Positions 1 to 8,038 of a stretch of DNA of 25,384 nt are shown here, in pieces (position 1 is the stretch's first letter; each line of letters begins with the position of its first letter). Source of the stretch: Opitutales bacterium. GTDB taxonomy: Bacteria > Verrucomicrobiota > Verrucomicrobiia > Opitutales > UBA9783. Location of the stretch: positions 1 to 25,384 of the forward strand of contig JBKSMP010000027.1 in assembly GCA_046881885.1 (NCBI GenBank), written 5' to 3'. The notes under the pieces were generated by a model. It searched no databases. It was given only the letters and a program-made list of their open reading frames with translations, and was not told where the DNA came from. The position numbers and the translations under genes were made by a program.

Positions 1-11
1 AAAAATTTTTA

Positions 12-896
12 ATGCAAAAATTAGGACTTCAAAAAAGTGAAGAGATTTTACAGTCAAAATACAAAGTTTTTTGGCAAAACGGAAAAAATGACGATTCTCT
101 TGACGAAATGACCGTTATCTTAGGAAGTGAACGAAGAATTGCTTTTAGAAAGATTGCTTACATTAGCGAAACTTTGTTTTTACAAGAATTTTATAATGAT
201 CCTTCTATTATTTCTTGGTCACATTTTGCTGCACACTCTATTGAATTTTGGAAAAAAATGATTTTAATACTAGGGAAATCCTATGTAAACAATATAATAA
301 CTTACGACAAATTTGGATTAACCTTATCAAAATTAAGATTATTTTCTTATCAAAAGTGTCAGAATGTTAATCATAAATATCACTTTGAATATACAAATAG
401 ATCTGATATGGATGTTTTTTTACAAGATGTAGAGAATACAATAAAACACTTAATGATGAAATCTTTACAAAAAATTGTTTTAATTAAAGGTATGCGTATG
501 GAAAAAGTAGCTGAAAAGATAGAAAAGTTTGAAATATTACAATCAAACGAAGGAATTGCTTTACTTCCTAAATATTCAAAACATATTGTTTTAAATGATT
601 ATAAAAGTATTGATTTAGCAAAGGAAGAAAATGATTCTCTTATGAGGCAATACATTAACTTTCCTTTAAATGAAAAGTCTTTTCAATATTTCCAAACAAT
701 AATGAGACAAAAGAAAGTTTTAGTTATTGTAGATGACGAAAGGTTGGCCTATAAATATTGGCTTTCAAACAAACATCCTACAAGGATTTTTTCAGAAGCT
801 AAAAATCTGCAAAAGGTTTTGGAAAATAATTACAATAGTGATATAATGCTTTATTATAATGGTATCTGTTTTCAAAAAATTGTAATAAAAGATTAA
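12..896 (+). CDS. hypothetical protein (294 aa), AT-rich orphan; true start may lie left of the window
   Basis: Long uninterrupted ORF in very AT-rich DNA, where stops are frequent by chance. The frame stays open back to position 3. No motif or signal peptide recognised. Confidence 0.55.
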   Translation: MQKLGLQKSEEILQSKYKVFWQNGKNDDSLDEMTVILGSERRIAFRKIAYISETLFLQEFYNDPSIISWSHFAAHSIEFWKKMILILGKSYVNNIITYDKFGLTLSKLRLFSYQKCQNVNHKYHFEYTNRSDMDVFLQDVENTIKHLMMKSLQKIVLIKGMRMEKVAEKIEKFEILQSNEGIALLPKYSKHIVLNDYKSIDLAKEENDSLMRQYINFPLNEKSFQYFQTIMRQKKVLVIVDDERLAYKYWLSNKHPTRIFSEAKNLQKVLENNYNSDIMLYYNGICFQKIVIKD

Positions 897-911
897 GACA
901 ATATTAATCTG

Positions 912-1496
912 TTAAAAAATAGAATTGGGTGTTACATTGCGAATAAAACTTCTTATGTATTTTCCAATGGGTGTTGTATAGTCAGGCATACAACGTATAG
1001 CACCTTTTAAGTGAATTGTGTCCAAAATTAACCCCAGCTCTATTTTCTTACAAAAATCCCATGGGATTGTGTAATTTTTTTTATTTGCGATTTTAAATAA
1101 ATAAGCATATCTGCAATAAAAATAATGATCTGGATAATCTATTCTTTCTTGTTTACTACACCAATCATGAAAAGTTTCTTCTGTATGGATAAGTTTTTCT
1201 AGTTCTTGTTTTTCCTCTTCATTATAGATTTTCCAATATTCATCTTCACAAATTTGTATTATTCCTTCAGGGAAGTTGAATTTTATGCCAATATATTCAA
1301 ACTTGTCATCATACTCATTCCATAATTCATGGGTCCAATCGCTAAGTTCTTGTGGCAACTCCACGCCATCGATTCCTTCTGCTACTAGCGTCGGACCTCC
1401 TTCATAAAATACATCTATCCGATTCCCCCAGGCACAGAGCCCGCTTAGCCCGATTATTACTCCAGCGCAAACTAATTTCGTGATTTTACTTAACAT
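912..1496 (-). CDS. hypothetical secreted or membrane-anchored protein (194 aa)
   Basis: The ATG is preceded on the minus strand by AAGGAGG-ACAA-ATG (plus 1497-1507), a canonical Shine-Dalgarno. The N-terminus MLSKITKLVCAGVIIGLSGLCAWG is a hydrophobic signal/anchor segment. The rest is acidic and Trp/Tyr/Cys-containing, with no recognisable family. Confidence 0.6.
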   Translation of the reverse strand: MLSKITKLVCAGVIIGLSGLCAWGNRIDVFYEGGPTLVAEGIDGVELPQELSDWTHELWNEYDDKFEYIGIKFNFPEGIIQICEDEYWKIYNEEEKQELEKLIHTEETFHDWCSKQERIDYPDHYFYCRYAYLFKIANKKNYTIPWDFCKKIELGLILDTIHLKGAIRCMPDYTTPIGKYIRSFIRNVTPNSIF

Positions 1497-1569
1497 TTGT
1501 CCTCCTTGTGTATGTTTTTCGTTCTATTTGCAGTGTCCGTGGCTTTCAGCCGTCCTTTTTACTTTGTAG

Positions 1570-1851
1570 CAGCTTTTTATCTCTTCTGTAAAGTACAAAA
1601 CTGATTTTTCTATTGTCCTGCTCACCGATCCTGACAATCTAGAAAAATGGGAATATCATCTCCGAGAGCAGAAATTTCCATTCTTTATTACCTTGGCTCA
1701 TGAGTTTTTACATGCATTGAATCAGTTAGAGAGAATTGCTAAAGTTTTTCGATGGCTAAAAGTAAAAAATGTGCAAGATTTGGTTAATAAATTGGATAAT
1801 CTAACTCAAGAAGATGCCTTTTTTAAGATAATACACTTATTTAATAAATAG
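1570..1851 (+). pseudogene. remnant of a zinc-metalloprotease-like gene (HExxH motif), lacking an N-terminus and start codon
   Basis: My translation of frame 1 gives QLFISSVKYKTDFSIVLLTDPDNLEKWEYHLREQKFPFFITLAHEFLHALNQLERIAKVFRWLKVKNVQDLVNKLDNLTQEDAFFKIIHLFNK*. It is bounded by TAG at 1567-1569 and TAG at 1849-1851. It contains no Met, and HEFLH lies at 1699-1713. Confidence 0.35.
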
Positions 1852-2290
1852 AGGATCTGCAAAAGTCTGGGAGAAAAAACGAGCGTAAGAAATATTGGGT
1901 TTCTAGTTAAGGTATTTAGCGAAGGAGAGGTTGTTTTCACAAAACTTTCTTTCTCGCCTTCAAATGGCTAACGACCATTGGTTTGTTCTTTTAGTATTTC
2001 TCAATTCAACAAAGGCATCTTGCTCCTCTGCGTATCTTGCCAATTGCCTTCAAAAACTTAATTTCACCTTTTTAGAAAATGTTTGTTACTTTGCATCTCT
2101 TGCTTCTGTATTCTCATGTGACCTTTATCAGTTTCACTTCAATCTTGATTCTGCACGGCTTCATTTTTTTAATGTTTTGTCTATTAGTTATCGGATTCTA
2201 AAAAATATTACGGGTTATGCCCCTAATATTTTATCTTTTAAAATGGAAAAATCCTTAAGATTTTTAGGTTGTTTTGCTTGGGCAATCTTC

Positions 2291-4168
2291 TTATTTTTTT
2301 ACTTTTTTTGCCTTGTTTTTGTGGTATTCAACCCCCAAATCCATAGCAGCTTGAAGATCGCTCTTTAATAACTCTGCATTAAACAAGCAATCTAAAGACA
2401 AATAAGTTTTGCCTATTTTTCCATCTAATGGTTTAAATTTCAAACATGTGTAAGTTCCGAAATGTTGTGCCGCAACAAAATTTTTTACTTTTATATTTTT
2501 TAACATGCGTATTAAATTCTCTGCAATTGCAAGAATTTTCTTATTTGATGCTTTAACATCAGTAGTATGTGCTTCAAAATATGCATTTTGAACAGCCATA
2601 AAACTCTGTTTTATATCATTTATTTTTATTTGTGTTTCTTTTAAGCTTTTTATCATTTTTTTCGCCTTGACAATATTTTTCTTCTTTTGGTCTTTTACTT
2701 TTAGTTTCGGATTTTGTAAACATTCTATAGGTAAAAAATTATCTTTATCAAGGCACTTAACATATTCATTTAGATCTGTTAAACTTAATGTACAGTATCT
2801 TTCAATTAAATAAAATGGATCTTCGTAAGCCCAAACATTTAAAGTTTCATAAAAATTTTCCATTCCACAAACTGTACTTAAAAAACTTTTATAAGGTTCT
2901 CTTAAAACTTTGCTCATTACTTTACCAATTTTCATCAAAAGCTTCATTCCGCGTTCTTTTACAGGATCATAACCAATATTACTTCCTAATGGCAAGCAAG
3001 GCACAGGATCTGCATAACTACAATATCCTAAAATATTTTGCCTCCCCATAACATTTTCGATTGTTTTTAAAGTATTGGCATCACCAATAGCTCTAGCAGG
3101 CGATAAACAAATAGCATGAGCTATATTAAATACCTTATTGTCAAAATTATTTCCATATAAATATTTTCCAACCCAACTTGTTATGTAAGGTGCAGCAATT
3201 TGGGTCAATCCGCCTCCTTGACTATGTCCAACAATATATAGCTTTATACTACATTTATTAACTTTATCTACTTGTTCCCTCAATTCTATTCCAGAAATAG
3301 AAGAATCATTTAAGTCTAAAGCATTAAAGTTTTTTATTTTTAATTTCTCAAATAAACTTTTAAGAATACCTTCTGTACTTATTTTAGAAGAAATTATTTT
3401 ATTGTAAAAACCTTCATGCAGTGATAATTTTTGTGCAGAATTTAATAAAAAGCTGCTAGGTATTTCCAAGCTTTGGGGATCTACATTTACTTTCTTTGCA
3501 TTAAAGTTTGTCATCCAACTTGCTCCCCCAACGCCTCCTAAAAATTGAAAGTTTTCACCTTGAGAACCTTCTTCTATAGCAAAAATTTGGATTTGTTTTT
3601 CGCTTCCTTTTAAAATTTCTTTATAAGCAATCATTCCCATAATACCATTTTCTTTTATTCTAGCAGCTCCATGCGTTCCATAAATAAAACCTGCAATTTT
3701 AACTCTTCTATTAGTAATCAATTTTTTAAAAGCAGGAGAAGCATCATTATTATTATCCTCCATTTTATTTTGAGGAAACAAAACCTTATCTTCTTGATAA
3801 CGTTTAGTTGTTTGGTATAGACACTGTGTTGCAACTAAAATGTCATAAAAAGTGTTTTTATCTAAAACATTTGTATCTATTTTACGGTTAGATCCTGTTT
3901 CTAGCCATAATTCTTTGGATTGTTTGGATAACAAGAATTGATTTCGTGCAGGTGCTATAGGTTTTTTTGGCCTTCTTGCCCGTACATCTCTTCTATTAAA
4001 TTTAGTTCTTTTAAAAGAATTAGGAGCTTTTGTAGAATTTTTGATATCATCTAAAACAAAAGTCTCATCTTTAAATCTATCTTCAACGGAAAAATTATCT
4101 GCTGATTTTGCATAAGCAGTCGATTTTAATGATAAAACAATTCCAATAAAACAAAAAAAATGCTTCAT
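2291..4168 (-). CDS. secreted class-3-lipase-like alpha/beta hydrolase (625 aa) with a long C-terminal extension
   Basis: N-terminal signal peptide MKHFFCFIGIVLSLKSTAYA. The order of conserved blocks is typical of the Lipase_3 family: HEGFY, nucleophile elbow VGHSQGGG (GHSQGG at plus 3212-3229, Ser codon 3221-3223), SPARAIGD, and the Asp block YADPVPCLPLG. About 220 further residues follow, ending in the Lys-rich tail HKNKAKKVKK. Confidence 0.7.
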   Translation of the reverse strand: MKHFFCFIGIVLSLKSTAYAKSADNFSVEDRFKDETFVLDDIKNSTKAPNSFKRTKFNRRDVRARRPKKPIAPARNQFLLSKQSKELWLETGSNRKIDTNVLDKNTFYDILVATQCLYQTTKRYQEDKVLFPQNKMEDNNNDASPAFKKLITNRRVKIAGFIYGTHGAARIKENGIMGMIAYKEILKGSEKQIQIFAIEEGSQGENFQFLGGVGGASWMTNFNAKKVNVDPQSLEIPSSFLLNSAQKLSLHEGFYNKIISSKISTEGILKSLFEKLKIKNFNALDLNDSSISGIELREQVDKVNKCSIKLYIVGHSQGGGLTQIAAPYITSWVGKYLYGNNFDNKVFNIAHAICLSPARAIGDANTLKTIENVMGRQNILGYCSYADPVPCLPLGSNIGYDPVKERGMKLLMKIGKVMSKVLREPYKSFLSTVCGMENFYETLNVWAYEDPFYLIERYCTLSLTDLNEYVKCLDKDNFLPIECLQNPKLKVKDQKKKNIVKAKKMIKSLKETQIKINDIKQSFMAVQNAYFEAHTTDVKASNKKILAIAENLIRMLKNIKVKNFVAAQHFGTYTCLKFKPLDGKIGKTYLSLDCLFNAELLKSDLQAAMDLGVEYHKNKAKKVKK

Positions 4169-4181
4169 GTATTAAAACGAA

Positions 4182-4196
4182 GCAATACTTATGCCA
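4182..4196 (-). promoter_or_regulatory. sigma-54-type -24/-12 promoter candidate upstream of the lipase-like gene
   Basis: The minus strand reads gtt-TGGCAT-AAGTA-TTGC-T. This is one mismatch (final C to T of the -24 hexamer) from TGGCAC-N5-TTGC, with the invariant GG and GC at correct spacing. It fills the 31-bp gap between the tRNA 3' end (4200) and the ATG (4168). The predicted TSS is about 4170. Confidence 0.4.
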
Positions 4197-4199
4197 AAC

Positions 4200-4273
4200 T
4201 GGTGCAGGTGGACGGAATCGAACCGACGAATCCAGCTTGGAAGGCTGGAGTTTTACCACTAAACTACACCTGC
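4200..4273 (-). tRNA. tRNA-Gly (anticodon UCC), CCA encoded
   Basis: The reverse complement is GCAGGTGTAGTTTAGTGGTAAAACTCCAGCCTTCCAAGCTGGATTCGTCGGTTCGATTCCGTCCACCTGCACCA. Acceptor stem GCAGGTG/CACCTGC, D stem GTTT/AAAC, anticodon stem CCAGC/GCTGG with loop CTTCCAA, T loop TTCGATT. There is one T-T mismatch in the T stem. Confidence 0.88.
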
Positions 4274-4286
4274 AAAACTGATAATA

Positions 4287-4315
4287 GTTATGGACTTTTG
4301 TTTAGGCTAGGTCAA
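4287..4315 (-). promoter_or_regulatory. sigma-70-type promoter candidate for tRNA-Gly
   Basis: The minus strand reads TTGACC (4315-4310), a 17-nt spacer, then CATAAC (4292-4287). This ends 13 nt upstream of the mature tRNA 5' end. Confidence 0.35.
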
Positions 4316-4542
4316 GTGAATTTTTATAAGAAAATAGAAATAAGAACTTTTGGAGTTTTGAAAAACCTAGCTAAGAAAAGTTTATGAAGCCGCATTAATA
4401 TTGGTAAAAGGGTAATTTGAGGATGTGATTTTCTTCTTTAAATTCTACGAACGCTGTATTTTGAAAAAATTTTCTTTTCGATATTTTCAAACCATTTATT
4501 AAGCTTATACAGCAAGTTTTAAGATGCTTTTTCATTTTAAGA

Positions 4543-4570
4543 TTGCATTTTAAGGTACAAGGTTTACAAC
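4543..4570 (+). promoter_or_regulatory. sigma-70-type promoter candidate for fabZ with leaderless geometry
   Basis: TTGCAT (4543-4548), 16-nt spacer, TACAAC (4565-4570), 7 nt, then ATG at 4578. There is no Shine-Dalgarno between the -10 and the ATG. Confidence 0.3.
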
Positions 4571-4577
4571 AGATGAT

Positions 4578-5036
4578 ATGGTTGAAAACGGATATGTAGA
4601 TGCAAATGTTTTAAACGCAATTCCTCATCGAGAGCCTTTTTTGTTTGTAGATCGGATTGTTGAATTAACGGATGAAAAAATCGTTACAGAAAGGGTTTTG
4701 AAGAAGGAGGAATTGTTTTTTAAAGGACATTATCCGCAAATGCCGATTATGCCTGGGGTGTTGATGTGTGAAGCTATCTTCCAAACAGCCGGTGTATTTA
4801 TGAGCAAAAAGCTTTTAAATGAAGCAGAAGTGGAAGGTAAAGTTCCGGTTTTAACGCGTATTGAATCTGCAAAGTTTAAGAAAATGGCTTTCCCGGGAGA
4901 TGTTTTGCAGTTAGAAGCTCAATTTGTGCAAAAACTAAAGGATTTTTATTTCTTTAAAGGTTGTGCCAAAAAAGATGGACAATTGCTCGTTTCTATCGAG
5001 TTTATTCTTGGAATGGTTAATAACTCGAGCTTATGA
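4578..5036 (+). CDS. fabZ: 3-hydroxyacyl-ACP dehydratase FabZ
   Basis: 152 aa. Hot-dog fold signature HREPFLFVDRI plus FFKGHYPQMPIMPGVLMCEA. A 4-nt ATGA overlap links it to the next lipid-synthesis gene. Confidence 0.93.
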   Translation: MVENGYVDANVLNAIPHREPFLFVDRIVELTDEKIVTERVLKKEELFFKGHYPQMPIMPGVLMCEAIFQTAGVFMSKKLLNEAEVEGKVPVLTRIESAKFKKMAFPGDVLQLEAQFVQKLKDFYFFKGCAKKDGQLLVSIEFILGMVNNSSL

Positions 5037-5824
5037 GTTTCCTAAATTTAGACGGTAAGACAATTTTAATTTTCGGCTTAGCAAATCGGAAAAGTATTGC
5101 TTGGTTTACAGGGAAATTACTTGAAGAGCAAGGTGTGCAGGTTTTGTATAGTGTACGCAGTGAAAAACGAAAGGCTGAATTATCTCGTTGGATTCCCGAA
5201 GACCGATTATTTATTTGTGATGTCGAAAAAGAAGAAGAAATCCAACACTTAAAGGCAGAAGTTGAGCAAAAAGTTCCACAACTTGATGGGATTTTGCATT
5301 CAATTGCTTTTGCTAATTTTTCGGAAGGATTTAAGCCTTTCCATGAAACCCATCGAAACGATTTTTTACAAGCGGCACAAATTTCTTGTTTTTCTCTCGT
5401 AGAAATTTCTAAGGCCTTTAAATCTTTACTTTCCCCAAATGCTTCTGTCGTAACAGTAGGTATTTCTTCACAAGTAACAGCTATTCATTACGGATACATG
5501 TCTCCCATAAAAGCGGCTTTGGAAAGTACCGTTCGATTTTTAGCAAAAGCCTTTAGTGCAGATATGGAAGTACGCTTTAATTGCGTGGGTTCTGGACCTC
5601 TTAAAACCAGCGCTTCTGCAGGCATTCCAGGGTTTTTAAAGAACTATTTGTTTGCCGAAAAGTTGACCTTAAGAAAACGTGCCTTAGAAACGCAGGAAGT
5701 TGCCAATACCATCGCTTTTCTGTTAAGTTCAGCGTCGAGTGGTATTAATGGCCAAACGCTTGTGGTTAATGCTGGTATGGATTTTAATTATTTTGATGAA
5801 CAAGTGGTAGAAAAAGCAGTTTAA
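5033..5824 (+). CDS. fabI: enoyl-ACP reductase FabI (NADH-dependent SDR type)
   Basis: 263 aa. N-terminal GKTILIFGLANRKSIAW dinucleotide-binding segment. The Y-x6-K catalytic pair lies in YGYMSPIKAALE, aligning with E. coli FabI YNVMGLAKASLE. Translationally coupled to fabZ. Confidence 0.9.
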   Translation: MSFLNLDGKTILIFGLANRKSIAWFTGKLLEEQGVQVLYSVRSEKRKAELSRWIPEDRLFICDVEKEEEIQHLKAEVEQKVPQLDGILHSIAFANFSEGFKPFHETHRNDFLQAAQISCFSLVEISKAFKSLLSPNASVVTVGISSQVTAIHYGYMSPIKAALESTVRFLAKAFSADMEVRFNCVGSGPLKTSASAGIPGFLKNYLFAEKLTLRKRALETQEVANTIAFLLSSASSGINGQTLVVNAGMDFNYFDEQVVEKAV

Positions 5825-6808
5825 ATGGAACGGTTGCAATTTGTAGTTATGGGTGCAGGGGCCTGGGGGACGGCAATGGCAATCCACTTGGCAAAATTAG
5901 GGCATCGCGTTATTTTATCGCCACGCAATGTGGATAAAGCGCAAAAAATGCAAGAAATGCGTGAAAATCCATTTTATCTTCCGAGTATCCCTTTCACTGA
6001 TAATTTGCAGGTAGATGCTCATTTTGAAGCTTATTTAGAGGATTGCGAAGCTTTATTCATTGCTTGTCCAACGCAAGGTTTATTGGAGGTTTGTGAACGT
6101 TTAAAACCTTATAAAACTAAGATTAAACGTATTATTTCGCTTGTTAAAGGTCTTGAACGCAATTCCTTAAAAACGCCTTCAGATTGGTTGTCGGAGCATT
6201 TGCCGCAAGTTGAATGTTTTTGCTTATCGGGACCTACCTATGCAAAAGATTTCGCATTAGGGAAACGATCTGCTATGGTGCTCGCTTCTACGCATTCAAC
6301 GGTAGATTTACAAAAAGCCATCAGCAACGATACCGTTCGTGTTTATAGCAGTTCAGATTTACGAGGTGTGGAATTAGGAAGTTGCTTGAAAAACATTTAC
6401 GCCTTAGGTGCCGGTATTTTAGAAGGTTTGCAATTGGGTGATAATGCAAAAGCAGCTTATTTAACGCGAGCACTTCATGAAATGGCGCGTTTTGGTGTTC
6501 AGTTAGGCGGCCAAAAAGAAACGTTTTATGGTCTTAGTGGTCTCGGGGACCTTTTTGCTACAGCACAAGGTAGTTGGAGTCGCAATCGTTGCTTTGGAGA
6601 AAATTTTGCTAAAGGTCAAGCGATAGACGATCTTTTACGTGATCACGTTGTAGAGGGTTATTGGAGCGTTGGTTGCTTTTTCAATCTTGCACAAAAAATA
6701 AAGTTTGATGCACCTATTCTAATGGCGTTGTATCGTGCTCTTTATGAAAATTATCCACTTAAGCTTGCGATAAACGACTTAATGATGCGGGCTTTAAAGT
6801 CGGAATAA
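5825..6808 (+). CDS. gpsA: NAD(P)H-dependent glycerol-3-phosphate dehydrogenase GpsA
   Basis: 327 aa. N-terminal VMGAGAWGTAMA Rossmann motif, length and LKN..A/GLGDL-type blocks typical of GpsA. Its ATG directly abuts the fabI stop (TAAATG). Confidence 0.92.
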   Translation: MERLQFVVMGAGAWGTAMAIHLAKLGHRVILSPRNVDKAQKMQEMRENPFYLPSIPFTDNLQVDAHFEAYLEDCEALFIACPTQGLLEVCERLKPYKTKIKRIISLVKGLERNSLKTPSDWLSEHLPQVECFCLSGPTYAKDFALGKRSAMVLASTHSTVDLQKAISNDTVRVYSSSDLRGVELGSCLKNIYALGAGILEGLQLGDNAKAAYLTRALHEMARFGVQLGGQKETFYGLSGLGDLFATAQGSWSRNRCFGENFAKGQAIDDLLRDHVVEGYWSVGCFFNLAQKIKFDAPILMALYRALYENYPLKLAINDLMMRALKSE

Positions 6809-6811
6809 GCT

Positions 6812-7987
6812 TTACATAGAGGTAAAGTCGACGCCTTGAAAAAGTTGTACCAATGGGTAAAACAAGCTACAAACGATAATAAAGACAAAACACGCCAAAA
6901 AGAGAAGACAAGCCGGTTCAATCCATTTTACAAGCTGTAAAAGTTTGTTTTCATAATTTTGGTAATAGATAGTAGATAAATTACGTAAATTTTTAGCCAA
7001 TTCACTATTAATTTCTGCAGATTGTAGGGTTTGAATGAAGTCTTTTGGAAGTCCTTTTAAGGCATCCGATAAAGCAATTCCCTGTTGAAGTGAAAATGTT
7101 ATTTCTTCATAAGAATACCGACTAGGCAAGTGCGGCAAAGAAAGTTTTAAACCTTCAATTAAAGAAATGTTTTGTTCTAATAATTCTGCTAAGTTAATTG
7201 CGAACGAGCTGTAATAAAGTGGACTGAAGAATTTGTAAAAATAAGTTTCAAATAATTGCTTGAAATGGTTTTTTTGATACTTAAAAAGCAATAAGCTTCC
7301 CAAGCCTAAGAGAGCTAACAAAGGAAGGATTTTGGGTAATAGATGATTAAATGAGAAAATAAAACCTACCCAGCCGTTAAGCGGTAAACCTTGTTGGATG
7401 AAAAATTCTTGGAAACGTGGAACTAAAAAGAAAATTAGAAGGAAGCAAAAGCCAATGGTAAAACTCAGTACGCAACAAGGGTAAATTAAGTTTTGCCGTA
7501 ATTGCTTATGTATTTTATTTTTCAGCAGGAGTTGTTCATAAATGCGATCAATTCCTTGGGTTAAGTAACCACTCATTTCGGCACACTTTAATAACTTAAT
7601 TTGTTGTTGCGAAAAATGATATTGAGGATCTTGCAAAACGGAATAGAAATAGCGTCCACTCGATAGACATTCGAGAGCTTCTTTGATGAACTTTTTTTGA
7701 GCTTCGATGTGTATGTTTGAACCTAAAGCTTTTAAAGCATTTGATAAGTTCTTTCCACTATGTAAGTGAGCTGATAATTTTTCGAAAAAATAGATCCAAT
7801 GCTTAAGCTGGAGTTTTTCTGGTTGCTTAAAAAGCTTTTTAGTAAAAATGGATTGTAGAGAAAAAAGACGGTATGGATAATGCCCTTTTTTTACTAAATT
7901 CCGTAAACAATGCCATTGCGAACGAGCCCATTGCAATTTCCACCGGTAATGTTCTGAGTTTTGTTTGATTTGGTAAAAAAATAGCAT
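6812..7987 (-). CDS. type II secretion / type IV pilus inner-membrane platform protein (GspF/PilC family), divergent
   Basis: 391 aa with the duplicated family architecture. Two cytoplasmic helical domains contain LKCAEMSGYLTQGIDRIYEQL and LQSAEINSELAKNLRNLSTIY. Each is followed by hydrophobic transmembrane segments. Confidence 0.78.
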   Translation of the reverse strand: MLFFYQIKQNSEHYRWKLQWARSQWHCLRNLVKKGHYPYRLFSLQSIFTKKLFKQPEKLQLKHWIYFFEKLSAHLHSGKNLSNALKALGSNIHIEAQKKFIKEALECLSSGRYFYSVLQDPQYHFSQQQIKLLKCAEMSGYLTQGIDRIYEQLLLKNKIHKQLRQNLIYPCCVLSFTIGFCFLLIFFLVPRFQEFFIQQGLPLNGWVGFIFSFNHLLPKILPLLALLGLGSLLLFKYQKNHFKQLFETYFYKFFSPLYYSSFAINLAELLEQNISLIEGLKLSLPHLPSRYSYEEITFSLQQGIALSDALKGLPKDFIQTLQSAEINSELAKNLRNLSTIYYQNYENKLLQLVKWIEPACLLFLACFVFIIVCSLFYPLVQLFQGVDFTSM

Positions 7988-8038
7988 TTGTTCTTAGTTT
8001 CAAGAACTTAGGAAATAAAATCAAGCCTATTATAGTTT

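Noticed and set aside
890-910. Hairpin AGATTAA-GACAATA-TTAATCT between the two left-hand convergent orphans, as a possible terminator.
   Set aside because: It is a 7-bp stem with only two G:C pairs, and it overlaps the stop codon of the plus-strand gene. That is too weak to call, although a T-run follows it on the minus strand.
1434-1496. Lipoprotein lipobox in the 194-aa orphan (LSGLC).
   Set aside because: Position -1 is Leu rather than Gly/Ala/Ser, so it is not a canonical lipobox. I call it only a signal or anchor segment.
1931-2368. 145-aa plus-strand ORF with a TTG start.
   Set aside because: It has low-complexity Phe/Leu/Ser-rich composition and no SD or promoter, and its 3' end overlaps the lipase-like gene by 78 nt. 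The region otherwise looks like decayed DNA.
2788-3051. Antisense or alternative-frame ORFs inside other supported genes (2788-3051, 7839-8069, 8942-9172, 14092-14292, 14545-14736, 15972-16251, 16650-17442, 20540-20758, 22033-22640, 24228-24422).
   Set aside because: Each lies opposite or within a longer ORF with family motifs or a better gene model, and none shows a recognisable motif.
1-4199. Direct repeat of the tRNA-Gly 3' end (att-like) marking the island boundary, plus any integrase or transposase.
   Set aside because: By eye I found no copy of ggacggaatcgaacc-type sequence and no recombinase-like ORF in the block. This needs a computed repeat search.
4160-4387. 75-aa plus-strand ORF.
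   Set aside because: It is antisense to and spans the tRNA-Gly gene (4200-4273) and its promoter region, so it is a by-product of the tRNA sequence.
4466-4497. Inverted repeat ATTTTGAAAA-N16-ATTTTCAAA upstream of fabZ as a possible fatty-acid regulator operator.
   Set aside because: The arms are made only of A/T plus a single G or C, in an AT-rich spacer. It matches no operator I know (FapR, FabT, FadR), so chance cannot be excluded.
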